Shown: positions 1 through 9,773, counted from the first letter of the stretch. The stretch: 64,000 nt of DNA from an uncultured Acidobacteriota bacterium (GCA_963705855.1 CAVPLA010000011.1:18247-82246); one strand, 5' to 3'. A program made the numbers and translations. Notes: generated from the sequence alone by a model not told the origin.

Positions 1-1
1 C

Positions 2-2311
2 CCTGATCCCGAACAAATCACTGTTCTCGCCCTGCAGCAATCCTCGCTTCCCGGAAATCGTCATTTCTCCTACCCCGACTTCGAAGACCTGCGCGACCAC
101 GCCGACTCTTTCAGCGATATTCTCGCTTTCCGCGTGTCACTCGCAGAACTCGCCGTGGACCAAAGAGCCGACCACTGCGTCATGAGCCGCGTCTCCAGTA
201 ACTACTTTTCTTCCCTTGGAGTTAAGCCAGCCTATGGACGTCTCATCCTTCCAACCGAAGGCCGCGCTCCCGGCAGCGACCCCGTCATGGTTCTGGGATA
301 TTCCTACTGGCGCAAGAGATTCACTGGCGATCCGGACGTGGTCGGCAAAAAAGTCGAGATCAATCAACACCCATTCACAATCATCGGCGTGGCGCCCAAA
401 GAATTTAAGGGAACCTACTCAGCCCTCGACATGGACGCTTTTATTCCTTTCAGCGCGGAAATGGCCGAAGATCCGGACAATCCTGTTGAAAAGAGTTGGA
501 CAAGCAGGGTCTCTCGCAGCCTCACGCTGATGGGAAGGTTGAAGCCCGGCGTAACGATCAAGCAAGCCCAGGCATCGCTCAACGTTTTGGCCCAGCGCAT
601 TTCCGATGAGCATCCGGACACGGAGAAAGGCATCACCGTACACCTTTACCCGGAGAAACTCGCCAGGCCGGAACCCGACCCAGAAAACCCTATTCCTGTT
701 GCCGCCATGGCTTTCATGGGTTTAGCCGGGCTTGTCATGCTCGTCGCGTGTTTCAATATCGCTAATGTTCTCTTGGTGCGAGCTACCGTGCGCCAGCGTG
801 AAATGGCGATTCGCGCGGCTCTTGGCGCTGGCCATGGCCGTCTCGTACTGCAATACCTCACTGAAAGTCTTCTGCTCGCCTTTCTTGGTGGTGGCGGAGG
901 TCTGTTTCTAGGGTCTTGGGCGGCGGGAATCCTCGGCTCGCTCCGTCTTGGCTCCGAACTCCCCATCGAGTTTGATTTTCATCCCGACACAACTGTCTAT
1001 CTGTTTGCACTTGCAGCCGTGCTGCTGACCGGTTTAATCGTCGGCATTATGCCGGCCTTGCGCGCCGGTCGTACCAATGTGATCACAGTTCTCCATGAAG
1101 GAGGCCGCGGCTCCTCGTCTGGTCCGCGCCGTCAACTGGCAAGAAATACTTTGGTGGTGGCACAAGTGGCGGGTTCTCTGGTGCTACTCATAGTCGCCGG
1201 TCTGTTCGTCCGCAGCTTAAATAAGGCTCAAAAGATTAATCTCGGCTTCAATCCCGATCATGTTCTTAATCTCTCCGTGGATGTCGCGCAGATCGGATAC
1301 AAGGAACCCCGCGGCCGGATCGTGTACCGGGACTTGGACAGCCGGATTCGCGCTCTGCCCGGCGTTGAATCCGTGGCTCAGGCGTTTACCACTCCTATGA
1401 GCCTAATCAGCACGGGCGACCGGCTAACCGTTGAAAATCAACCTCTCGAACCGGGCCAACAACCGCCCGACATTAACTACAACATGGTGACTACGGGATA
1501 TTTCGACACTCTCCAGATTCCCTTGTTGCGCGGCCGGAAGTTCGTGGACGCCGACAGCGAAAAGGCCCCTCTGGTTGCCGTCATTAATCAAAATATGGCA
1601 AAGAAGCTCTGGCCCAGCGAGGACGCCCTCGGCCGGCGCTTCAGCATCAAGGGCCCGAGAGGCCCCTTCATTGAAGTCGTCGGCATCGTCCAAGACGGCA
1701 AATACCAGGACGTTACCGAAGATCCGCAACCCTACTTCTATGTGCCTTTCGAGCAAAGCTACATGTCCATCCGCACTATCCACGTCCGCACTTCCGTGCC
1801 TCCGCAAACGCTGGCCTTGCAACTTGAGTCGCAAATTCACGAACTCGCCCCGGACGTTCCGATCACGCAAGTGCAAACGATGACGCAATCCCTGCAAGGC
1901 GCAAACGGCTTTTTCTTCTTCCGTTTCGGCGCGCAAATAACGGCGGTCATGGGTTTCCTTGGCCTGATTCTCGCCGTCGTTGGAATTTATAGCGTGGTCT
2001 CTTATGCCGCCGCTCAGCGCACGCAGGAGATCGGCATTCGCATAGCCATGGGCGCATCTCCTCGCGATATTTTGAAAATGGTCTTGCGCCAGGGGCTAGG
2101 CGTGGTCAGCATCGGCCTGGCCCTCGGCCTGGTTATTGCGCTGGCTGGCACGCGCTTGATGAGCGGCCTCATTGTGGGCATCAAACCCAGCGACCCGGTC
2201 ACGTTTACGGTCGTGGTCGTTTTGCTTACAGGGATTGCTCTCTTCGCTTGCTGGATTCCCGCGCGCCGTGCCACGCGCATCGATCCTCTCGTCGCTCTGC
2301 GCCACGAGTAA
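2..2311 (+). CDS. ABC transporter permease, MacB/FtsX type (acidobacterial ADOP-like), 5'-truncated by window edge
   Basis: The frame is open from base 2 (PDPEQITVLALQQ...), so the listed Met at 134 is internal. It has a large extracytoplasmic domain plus FtsX-type TM blocks. The C-terminus RIDPLVALRHE parallels the paralog at 16609-19272 (RVDPMVALRYE). Confidence 0.85.
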   Translation, partial: PDPEQITVLALQQSSLPGNRHFSYPDFEDLRDHADSFSDILAFRVSLAELAVDQRADHCVMSRVSSNYFSSLGVKPAYGRLILPTEGRAPGSDPVMVLGYSYWRKRFTGDPDVVGKKVEINQHPFTIIGVAPKEFKGTYSALDMDAFIPFSAEMAEDPDNPVEKSWTSRVSRSLTLMGRLKPGVTIKQAQASLNVLAQRISDEHPDTEKGITVHLYPEKLARPEPDPENPIPVAAMAFMGLAGLVMLVACFNIANVLLVRATVRQREMAIRAALGAGHGRLVLQYLTESLLLAFLGGGGGLFLGSWAAGILGSLRLGSELPIEFDFHPDTTVYLFALAAVLLTGLIVGIMPALRAGRTNVITVLHEGGRGSSSGPRRQLARNTLVVAQVAGSLVLLIVAGLFVRSLNKAQKINLGFNPDHVLNLSVDVAQIGYKEPRGRIVYRDLDSRIRALPGVESVAQAFTTPMSLISTGDRLTVENQPLEPGQQPPDINYNMVTTGYFDTLQIPLLRGRKFVDADSEKAPLVAVINQNMAKKLWPSEDALGRRFSIKGPRGPFIEVVGIVQDGKYQDVTEDPQPYFYVPFEQSYMSIRTIHVRTSVPPQTLALQLESQIHELAPDVPITQVQTMTQSLQGANGFFFFRFGAQITAVMGFLGLILAVVGIYSVVSYAAAQRTQEIGIRIAMGASPRDILKMVLRQGLGVVSIGLALGLVIALAGTRLMSGLIVGIKPSDPVTFTVVVVLLTGIALFACWIPARRATRIDPLVALRHE

Positions 2312-2404
2312 CTGCTTTCGCGGCCAGCGGCGTCCTCATCAGTTGGCGGATCGTGACTGCCTCACGCTAGGAGTGCCATTTCTGCGTTTGGAATTAGAGG
2401 AAAT

Positions 2405-5140
2405 CTAGCCCAGCGTGCGGTGTATCGCCGCAGCAATTTCTTCGCTTGCCGCGGTGGCACACGCGAAGCCGAGCGCGCGATAGCTTTCAAAGTGGTCTTC
2501 GTCGAACCACTGGTTCGCTGTCGTGTCATGCGGAAAAGATTTGTCCTTCTTGGCGTAAGCCAAAACGTCGTCCGGGTCGCCCTCGACCAGCGCCGGCTTC
2601 AAATAAATAATCGTTCCGTCTTCTTCGGGAGCATCCGGGTTGTATCGGATCTTTCCAACCGCAAAGTGTGCTTCGGACCTGCATGCCGCGGGATCATCGG
2701 AGCACGGTTTAGGCTTAATCTCTCCGAGCCCCTCCAAAACGATCTCCGCGCCGAAATCGGTTCGGCATCGTTCGATCGCGTTGTGCAGATCTCCGAAGGC
2801 GTACTCTGAATCGCAGGAAGCATCGCTAGCAATGATTAGTTTGCACCTCCGCCTCACCAGTTCATAAACGGCCAGATTTTCAAAATGCCCGCCGTCGGAT
2901 AGATAGACGTACTTGCTGTCGTCGTTCGTCGATCCCAAAAGTTCCTGCAGCAGGCAAGCGAATCCAATCCGCGGACTCCCGTTCTTCCAGCCTTCGCCGC
3001 GCGGATTTCCAATCCACCAGCCAAGCCGGACATCGAACAGCGTCATCAGGAACCCCAACCCGGGATCGGAATACGAACCCATATTCGGGCTTGCTGCTGC
3101 GCCCGAAATCGCCACGGCCGTTCCCATGGTCACACCGTGTTTGAATCCCGGCAGCTTGCAGGCGAGCTTCTCGGTGGGCGCATAAGCGGCGTCCCAATCT
3201 CGCGTGTCTTGAAGTGGCCGCGTAAATCCTCCATGAATCGGCGTCAGAGCAAACGCACGCGCTTTGCGCGTCTGCAGAGCGAGTTCCTTGCCACGCACCA
3301 CGTTCAAGCTGGTATTCAAAATCGGCAGCGGACGCCCGTCTTTCGGATCAATTGAACCAATAGGAATCTTTAGTTCGCCAAGAGGGAAATTGTCCGCTTC
3401 CGAAAATCCGGTGAACGGCTGCGCATTCCGTCTTGGCACCGTTGCTCCCAGATAACAACGCACCAATCGGTTGCGGTAGAGGTAGTGGATGGAGAATTCG
3501 TTGATGTCCACCCGCCACGAGACGAACAAAGACGCAGCAAAAAATACCAGGCCTAGCAGAGGAACTCGGATATCGAAATCCAGATCGCTGGGCATCGCGA
3601 GCGTGGGCCAAACCAGACTTTTGGCCCAGTTTGCCGCGAATGAAGCGAAGATCGAGAGCCCCAGCAGCAGCCCCAGGATAAAAATGTAGGGCGTCAGTTT
3701 TGCAGCCACGGCCAGGATCTTTTTCGTCAGCGGGGCGTCCGGATTCCATTTGCCTGTTTTCTCGCTTTTGCCAAAAAACACGCCGTAGGCCGTAGACAGG
3801 ATCCACATCAGCACGGCGCTAAACGTCGTGTGATGGCCGCCGCGTTGCTCCCAAGCAAACAGCCTCCCTAACTCCCGCGGAAAGTAAATCGAAATCAAGA
3901 AAAGGCCGAGCCACAAAAACGCAAAAAGAAGCAGCCATCCGCCCAACCGCCCCCACCACTCGCGGTGGGCATCGCTCATGCCGCGTCCCATCAAGCCGAT
4001 ATGAATAATGCCCGCAATCAACATGATGACGATGGAGACGGGCGCCCCAAAGGTCAGGTTATGCCAGTTGCTGTAGGTAAGTTGCTGCGACGTGTCAGGG
4101 GGAATTAGGAGGCGGCCAAAAGGAACAAAGAGATACCCAATTAGGATACCGGTCACCGCCGCGGTAACCATGACCAGCCCGCTGACCGGCCCGCTGCTGC
4201 TCCTGCGACTCTTTTTGAAATGAACTATTCGCCTTACAAGGCAGGCTCCCGTCCACATGCTGAAATAGAGGCCCAGTCCCATCAGCGGGGCACGATATCT
4301 CGGGTGGGCGAGGATTCCCCAGTCCGTCAGGAACAGGCCGCAACCATAGGTGAAGAGCGCGGAAGACACCAGCAATGGAGCGATGATGAATGCATGGACC
4401 GCCCAGGAATTTGCGTACCACGGATCTCTTTTTCCTTCGTGAGGGTCCACCGTTTCGAGATTCAGCCCCATGAAAATCACAGCAACAAGCCCCAAGGAAA
4501 GTCCCAGCGCAAGCGCGAAATATTCCGATCTCATATAGGGTTGCAGCGCGTAGTCAGGCCCTGTTTGTGCCCATTGCTCGAGGTCTTCGAGAACGTGCAT
4601 TAGAAATACAATGGACCTGGGCACGAGCAGCAACGCGAGAAGTGCCAGCACCAGGATGATTTGATTCAGAAGCGTATTTCGTAGATAGCTCGAGGCAAAA
4701 GCCAAGAAATCCGCTCGCAGTAATCCCTTCCGCGGGGTGAGATAGTTGCTGTAATCGCGCAAGAAATGAACTTCGGGCGGGTCGCTGGCCTCTTGGGGCA
4801 TCCTCGGCGGCGTGGACAATCGCTTCTCGATCTCCTGGATGCCGATGCCTTGGTGGTGCATCCATCCCATCAGCCAGCCGCCGATATAGCCGCCGCCCGA
4901 GACCGTGGAAACGTAATCTATCGATCGCAACAACCTCTTTCGCGCCAGCGCTTGCAGCACACCCAGGTTGAATGTCGCGCTGCGAATCCCGCCGCCTGAA
5001 AACGCCATACCAATCAGGCTCTTTTGGGCTACGGGTCGTTGCGGGTTTTCACCAAGCCGCAGGTTGCGGGATGTTTCCAGCTGGTGGAATTCCTGATCGA
5101 GCACTTCTTGGATGGAAGGTAGTGTCATCTCTCCGCGCAC
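2405..5140 (-). CDS. patatin-like phospholipase whose catalytic domain is split by a large multi-TM insertion (911 aa)
   Basis: The oxyanion motif FSGGGIRS and nucleophile motif STVSGGG lie near the N-terminus. The catalytic Asp motif LSDGGHFENL comes more than 600 residues later. About 10 hydrophobic helices lie between them (ILVLALLALLLVP, LALGLSLGLVAVIFMGL, WLLLFAFLWLGLFLISIYF, etc). Confidence 0.85.
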   Translation of the reverse strand: MRGEMTLPSIQEVLDQEFHQLETSRNLRLGENPQRPVAQKSLIGMAFSGGGIRSATFNLGVLQALARKRLLRSIDYVSTVSGGGYIGGWLMGWMHHQGIGIQEIEKRLSTPPRMPQEASDPPEVHFLRDYSNYLTPRKGLLRADFLAFASSYLRNTLLNQIILVLALLALLLVPRSIVFLMHVLEDLEQWAQTGPDYALQPYMRSEYFALALGLSLGLVAVIFMGLNLETVDPHEGKRDPWYANSWAVHAFIIAPLLVSSALFTYGCGLFLTDWGILAHPRYRAPLMGLGLYFSMWTGACLVRRIVHFKKSRRSSSGPVSGLVMVTAAVTGILIGYLFVPFGRLLIPPDTSQQLTYSNWHNLTFGAPVSIVIMLIAGIIHIGLMGRGMSDAHREWWGRLGGWLLLFAFLWLGLFLISIYFPRELGRLFAWEQRGGHHTTFSAVLMWILSTAYGVFFGKSEKTGKWNPDAPLTKKILAVAAKLTPYIFILGLLLGLSIFASFAANWAKSLVWPTLAMPSDLDFDIRVPLLGLVFFAASLFVSWRVDINEFSIHYLYRNRLVRCYLGATVPRRNAQPFTGFSEADNFPLGELKIPIGSIDPKDGRPLPILNTSLNVVRGKELALQTRKARAFALTPIHGGFTRPLQDTRDWDAAYAPTEKLACKLPGFKHGVTMGTAVAISGAAASPNMGSYSDPGLGFLMTLFDVRLGWWIGNPRGEGWKNGSPRIGFACLLQELLGSTNDDSKYVYLSDGGHFENLAVYELVRRRCKLIIASDASCDSEYAFGDLHNAIERCRTDFGAEIVLEGLGEIKPKPCSDDPAACRSEAHFAVGKIRYNPDAPEEDGTIIYLKPALVEGDPDDVLAYAKKDKSFPHDTTANQWFDEDHFESYRALGFACATAASEEIAAAIHRTLG

Positions 5141-5386
5141 CCCGGAAGCTCTGAGCCACGCACAACTCCTTTCATGTGGAGTTGGAGCCCAAAGAGTAGT
5201 GAATTGCTCCCTCGTTGCGTTTCATCCCACTCCGACGTTCGTTCAGGTCATTTCGATGGATACTGAACCCGATTGGCGGAGAGTTCCCCCGTCTCCCGTT
5301 GCACCGGAGGAACCATAGCCCCAATTTCTGCGCCGGACTGGCACACTTCCGGTTAACCTTTCCTTAAGCACTACTTCCCTCAATGA

Positions 5387-6385
5387 GTGCATAACGTGTC
5401 CTTCGAACACCTGCGCCGCAGCAGTCGCATTCCGAAAGAGGTTGCTATCCTTCTGACCGGAAGCGATATGGATGGCAAAGGCTTCTCGGAAATGACCAAG
5501 ACCGTCCTGCTCAGCCGCCACGGCGCCGGGATCATTTCCACTTATAAGCTCTCCGCCGAGCAAGAGATCATCATTCGTTATCTCGATACCAACAAAGAAG
5601 CTCTCGTTCGCGTTGTCGGCCGTATCGGTTCCGAGGGCGAGATTTACACCTACGGCGTGGCTTTTGTGGATCCTTCCAACATCGACTTTTGGGGCATCGA
5701 CTTTGCCCCCGTCTCTGAAAGGGAAAAGGAAGCCCGCCGCATGCTCCTTGAATGCGGCAATTGCAAAGAACGCGAGGCCGTGGAGCAGAGCGACGTCGAA
5801 TCCGATGTTTTCCTCATCAATGAGGGCATCGTCCGCTATTGCAAACAGTGCGGAGATTCGACGCTTTGGAAGCGTGCTTCGGAAGCCCCCGAAGAGCAGC
5901 CCATTCTTGTAGCGGCTGGGCCATTCGCCAAGGCTTCCTCGTCGACGGAAGCGACGCGCATTGGGAACGCGCAAGCTCCCTGGAGCCCCCAGGCTTCGCC
6001 AAGCACGGAGACTCCCTCAATTCTGCAACCTTCCCCTAGCGCGCAGAGCACCTCGGCGTATGCGTCGCCAGGAGATCGGAAACATGCTGCGCCCCTGGAC
6101 AACCGTCGCAAACACCCTCGCACCAAGGTTAGTTATAAAGCCTCCATCCGCCGTTCGGGTTTTACCGACGACCTTGTGACTTGCGAAGACATGTCCAAGG
6201 GCGGCCTGTGTTTCAAGAGCCGTAAGAAGTATTTTCAGGGGACTGACATTGAGGTCGCTGTTCCCTACTCACCTGGCGGCAATGCCATCTACGTGCCCGC
6301 CCAAATCGCCTGGGTGGTAGAGATCACCAAAGACAAGCTATATAAGTGCGGGGCCTCCTACCGCCGGATCTCGAGGGGCTCGTAG
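5387..6385 (+). CDS. dual PilZ-domain protein with central zinc-ribbon-like CxxC...CxxC
   Basis: The C-terminal PilZ motifs are canonical (RRKHPR ... DMSKGG). The N-terminal copy is degenerate (RRSSR ... LSRHGAG). ECGNCKE...YCKQCGD forms a Cys pair, followed by an S/P/A-rich linker. The overlapping antisense ORF 5243-5974 is Arg-rich shadow. Confidence 0.8.
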   Translation: MHNVSFEHLRRSSRIPKEVAILLTGSDMDGKGFSEMTKTVLLSRHGAGIISTYKLSAEQEIIIRYLDTNKEALVRVVGRIGSEGEIYTYGVAFVDPSNIDFWGIDFAPVSEREKEARRMLLECGNCKEREAVEQSDVESDVFLINEGIVRYCKQCGDSTLWKRASEAPEEQPILVAAGPFAKASSSTEATRIGNAQAPWSPQASPSTETPSILQPSPSAQSTSAYASPGDRKHAAPLDNRRKHPRTKVSYKASIRRSGFTDDLVTCEDMSKGGLCFKSRKKYFQGTDIEVAVPYSPGGNAIYVPAQIAWVVEITKDKLYKCGASYRRISRGS

Positions 6386-6437
6386 AGCCTCCCATACCCT
6401 TAGAAAACGGGATTGTCGAAAAGAGCGACAAAAACAC

Positions 6438-6466
6438 TTGACACGTTATACTGTGTATCATACAGT
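6438..6466 (+). promoter_or_regulatory. sigma70-type promoter of the PadR operon (TTGACA-17-TACAGT)
   Basis: TTGACA lies at 6438-6443, followed by an exact 17-nt spacer and TACAGT at 6461-6466. The ATG is at 6483, implying a very short leader. The inverted repeat ACTGT-N7-ACAGT (6450-6466) overlaps the -10. Confidence 0.6.
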
Positions 6467-6482
6467 GTGTATAGCACACTAT

Positions 6483-6821
6483 ATGTCACCCGGTAACAAC
6501 CAACACGACCTCTTCGAAAACCTCCGTCTCGAGCTGCGCCGCGGCTCTCTCATCCTCGCCGTCATGGCGTCTCTCCAGGCGGAGCAATACGGCTACACCC
6601 TCCGCAAGGCTCTGACTGACCACGGCATGCCCATCGATGAAGGCACTTTGTACCCATTGCTGCGCCGCCTAGAAACCCAGGGTCTCCTGGTGAGCGAATG
6701 GCGCGAAGAAGACAAGCGCAACAAGCGGTTTTACCGGCTTTCCGAAGATGGCAAAACTATCTTCAAGCAGCTGCTCGCCGAGTGGAAGAGCATGAATTCC
6801 TCTTTGAATGGGATTCTTTAG
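6483..6821 (+). CDS. PadR family transcriptional regulator
   Basis: Winged-helix signature YGYTLRKAL...EGTLYPLLRRLETQGLLVSEWREEDKRNKRFYRLSEDG. The ATG at 6483 is preferred over the TTG at 6438, because that TTG is part of the -35 box. Confidence 0.9.
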   Translation: MSPGNNQHDLFENLRLELRRGSLILAVMASLQAEQYGYTLRKALTDHGMPIDEGTLYPLLRRLETQGLLVSEWREEDKRNKRFYRLSEDGKTIFKQLLAEWKSMNSSLNGIL

Positions 6822-6830
6822 GAGCGCGTG

Positions 6831-7823
6831 ATGGACATTCTCGAAAGCTATCTGCGGGCCGTGAAGCGCTGCCTGCCGCGAGCGCAAAGCGCCGACATCA
6901 TCAAAGAACTCTCGGACGATCTTCGTTCACAGATAGAAGAGCAACAATCCGCACTGGGCCGCCCCTTCAACGACGAAGAAATGATGGCTTTCTTCAAGCA
7001 GCACGGCGACCCGATGACCGTAGCGCGCCGTTACCGCCAAGACCGTCGCAGCCTGTCTCTAGGATGGGAGCTGATCGGTCCTGAGCTTTTTCCGATGTAT
7101 TTGATGATGTTGTCTTTCAATCTGACGCTCACGATAGCGGCGGTAATCGTCGTATCGCTGCTGATTCACGTAGCAATCACGGTGGACGCTTTCCTCGTTC
7201 CAGTTTTGGCGCAGATTATTTGTCTTACGGTGGTTTTCACGATTCTGAATCTCATTCGGCGCAAGTTTCCGCAACCCTGGTATTACCCGCCTGCGGAACT
7301 AGCTCCCATGTTGCCCATTAGTCGCTGGTATTCGCTAGTTGGTTTAATCATGTGGGCTGCGGTGGCCGTTTGGTGGCTGGCGGTGCCGCACTTTCCGCAG
7401 TTGATTCTGGGCTCAGGCGCTGCCTACTTGAAGCTCGCTTCGACGTGGCACAGGTTTTACGTGCCAATACTTCTTCTTGTGCTGGCCTCCATCTCTCAGA
7501 GAGTTGTGAGCCTCTTCCACCCGACGTGGACTTGGGTGGTGCCCGTGATGAGGATGCTCATCAATGGCGCGGCTGTGCCGATCTTGTACTGGCTAATGTT
7601 CAAGAGCCCAATCTTGGTGGTGCTTACGGACGGAATCCAAAGCACCCCGCACTACGAGCAACTCGTTGACAACTTCAATGGCCTGATCCGCTGGGGAATT
7701 CTCGGGCCGTGGCTGTGGATGTATGCGGGCATCAGCGCGATTGTTTACGCGTGGTACAGCGTTCCTCACCTGCGGCGACTGATTCGCCGCACGCGCGGGG
7801 AGTCGTCATCGGCTGCTTTTTAG
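6831..7823 (+). CDS. PadR-associated membrane protein (DUF1700/HAAS-like N-terminal helical domain plus ~6 TM)
   Basis: AGGAG lies 6 nt upstream of the ATG at 6831. The N-terminus MDILESYLRAVKRCLPRAQSADIIKELSDDLRSQIEE is typical of membrane partners encoded after PadR genes. The rest is hydrophobic. Confidence 0.75.
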   Translation: MDILESYLRAVKRCLPRAQSADIIKELSDDLRSQIEEQQSALGRPFNDEEMMAFFKQHGDPMTVARRYRQDRRSLSLGWELIGPELFPMYLMMLSFNLTLTIAAVIVVSLLIHVAITVDAFLVPVLAQIICLTVVFTILNLIRRKFPQPWYYPPAELAPMLPISRWYSLVGLIMWAAVAVWWLAVPHFPQLILGSGAAYLKLASTWHRFYVPILLLVLASISQRVVSLFHPTWTWVVPVMRMLINGAAVPILYWLMFKSPILVVLTDGIQSTPHYEQLVDNFNGLIRWGILGPWLWMYAGISAIVYAWYSVPHLRRLIRRTRGESSSAAF

Positions 7824-7854
7824 CGGGATTGCACGTTCGAAAGGATCGAGTTTT

Positions 7855-8034
7855 ATGAAAGCGCTTTTCTTGCTTCTGGAGTTGCTGACGGACGGCGATG
7901 CCATTCAAAACGTCTTGCAATCCTACTTCACAGCGGGCGTGGCCAGTGTTGTTGTTCTTTTTTTGTGGGGCGGTTACCAGGTGGTCCGACGGTCTTGCAC
8001 ACGCCGCGACAGCACGTCGCCATCGCGCGCTTGA
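7855..8034 (+). CDS. possible small membrane protein (59 aa), below the ORF-track cutoff
   Basis: Hand translation gives MKALFLLLELLTDGDAIQNVLQSYFTAGVASVVVLFLWGGYQVVRRSCTRRDSTSPSRA*. It has one TM helix and fills the gap between 7823 and 8065. No homology support. Confidence 0.3.
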   Translation: MKALFLLLELLTDGDAIQNVLQSYFTAGVASVVVLFLWGGYQVVRRSCTRRDSTSPSRA

Positions 8035-8064
8035 GAAAGCTTTGGAAAGTTGGGAGGAAAAATC

Positions 8065-8955
8065 ATGAGCAACGAATTCTGGGCTGAGCTTTCGAGCGCG
8101 AAAAAACGATTCGGAAAGACCGTGGCTCTCGACGGTCTCGATTTGCAAGTGCGGCCGGGCGAACTCTTATCCCTACTCGGGCCGAATGGCGCCGGCAAGT
8201 CCACTGCTATTTCGTTGCTGCTCGGTCTTCTTAAGCCCGACGTGGGCACTGCGCGCCTCTTTGGCCTGTCTCCATTCCGTGTCGAGCCGCGGCGCAAGGT
8301 CGGGGTTATGATGCAGGAAGTCACGCTCGCACCTGAGCTTCGCGTTCGTGAACATATCGCTCTTGTGGCCAGCTACTATCCCCAACCGTTTACACCCGCC
8401 GGGGCTATGGAGCTGACGAACACCTCGTCTCTCGGGCCTCGCCCGTATGGAAAGCTCTCCGCTGGCCAAAAGCGGCAGGTGCAGTTCACGATGGCGGTTT
8501 GCGGTCGACCAAAACTTCTCTTTCTTGATGAGCCTAGCGTCGGACTAGACGTTCGCGCGCGCGAAACGATGTGGGCCACGCTGCGTCAACTGGTTCGCAA
8601 CGGATCTTCCATCGTGCTCACCACTCACTATCTCGAAGAAGCCGAATCGCTCTCCAACCGTGTAGCCGTACTGAACAAAGGCCGTCTCATTGCCTCGGGC
8701 ACTGTCAACGAAATCCTCGCCCTCGTGGTTCGCAAGCACATCACTTGTTCGACCGCGCTCGCCGCCGATCAAATCGCGGCGTGGCCGGAGGTCGAGAGCG
8801 TCACGCGCGATCAGCAGCGCCTGCAAATCAGCACGAGCAATTCGGAAGCGGTCGTGCGGCGACTGCTTGCTGCTGATTCGAATCTGCAAGAACTGGAAGT
8901 TCGCCGCGCAGGGCTCGCCGAAGCTTTCACAGAACTCACACAGGAGGCCGCATGA
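8065..8955 (+). CDS. ABC transporter ATP-binding protein (ABC-2 subfamily)
   Basis: Walker A GPNGAGKST, signature LSAGQKRQV, Walker B LLFLDEPSVGLD. GGAGG precedes the ATG at 8065. Confidence 0.92.
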   Translation: MSNEFWAELSSAKKRFGKTVALDGLDLQVRPGELLSLLGPNGAGKSTAISLLLGLLKPDVGTARLFGLSPFRVEPRRKVGVMMQEVTLAPELRVREHIALVASYYPQPFTPAGAMELTNTSSLGPRPYGKLSAGQKRQVQFTMAVCGRPKLLFLDEPSVGLDVRARETMWATLRQLVRNGSSIVLTTHYLEEAESLSNRVAVLNKGRLIASGTVNEILALVVRKHITCSTALAADQIAAWPEVESVTRDQQRLQISTSNSEAVVRRLLAADSNLQELEVRRAGLAEAFTELTQEAA

Positions 8956-9773
8956 TGGATGCCACGCCGATCGAAAACTCCAAGCCGTTCGACAGCTTTG
9001 ACGGCTCGTCTCTCGCCAGGGTGATGTCTACTGGCCGGCTGTTGGGCGCCTATCTCGCAGAAGCCCGATTCGAATCCTTGCGCATGTTTCGTGTGCTTGG
9101 CTTCTCGATACCCTTCCTGGTCCTTCCTGCCGCATTGTATCTGCTGTTCGGAGTGGTGCTCTTCGGGGACGCCGTTCGAAATGACCCCGCCGCGGGAAAA
9201 TTCCTTTTCACGGCGTTCGCCGTCTTCGGCGTGATGGGACCGGGAATGTTCGGCTTCGGCGCCACCATCGCTACGGAACGCGAACAAGGTCTACTCACGC
9301 TCAAACGCGCACTGCCGGCGCCAGCCGGGTCTTACCTGCTGGCAAAATTGCTCATGACGATGCTCTTCGCGTTCATTGTGATGGCGACGATGATTCCGGC
9401 AGCTCTGCTTCTAGGCCATTTGCCGCTGACCTTCGCGGAGTGTGCAAACGTCACGGCAATCAATATCCTCGGCTCTCTGCCCTTCTGCGCTATCGGATTG
9501 TTTATCGGAACGCGCGCCTCCGGCAAGGCAGCCATCGCGTTTGTGAATCTCATCTACGTGCCGATGATGCACGTCTCCGGCCTGTTCTACCCGCTGCCGA
9601 AATTTCTTCGCGCCATCTCGCCGCTGTGGCCAACCTATCATTTGCAGCAATTGGTCTTGGCCGCGCTTGGTATGCCTGCTTACGGCAAATCCGCAATCCA
9701 TATCACGGCCCTAGTTGGCGTGACGCTGCTCCTGACTGCCCTATCGATCCGCAGGCTCGCCCGTGTCGGTTGA
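8952..9773 (+). CDS. ABC-2 type transporter permease
   Basis: ATGA start/stop overlap with the ATPase gene; six hydrophobic helices. Confidence 0.85.
   Translation: MMDATPIENSKPFDSFDGSSLARVMSTGRLLGAYLAEARFESLRMFRVLGFSIPFLVLPAALYLLFGVVLFGDAVRNDPAAGKFLFTAFAVFGVMGPGMFGFGATIATEREQGLLTLKRALPAPAGSYLLAKLLMTMLFAFIVMATMIPAALLLGHLPLTFAECANVTAINILGSLPFCAIGLFIGTRASGKAAIAFVNLIYVPMMHVSGLFYPLPKFLRAISPLWPTYHLQQLVLAALGMPAYGKSAIHITALVGVTLLLTALSIRRLARVG

Noticed and set aside
5339-5355. TGGCAC upstream of the PilZ gene as a sigma-54 -24 element.
   Set aside because: The -12 position reads CGGTT rather than TTGC(A/T), so the GG-N10-GC spacing is not satisfied.
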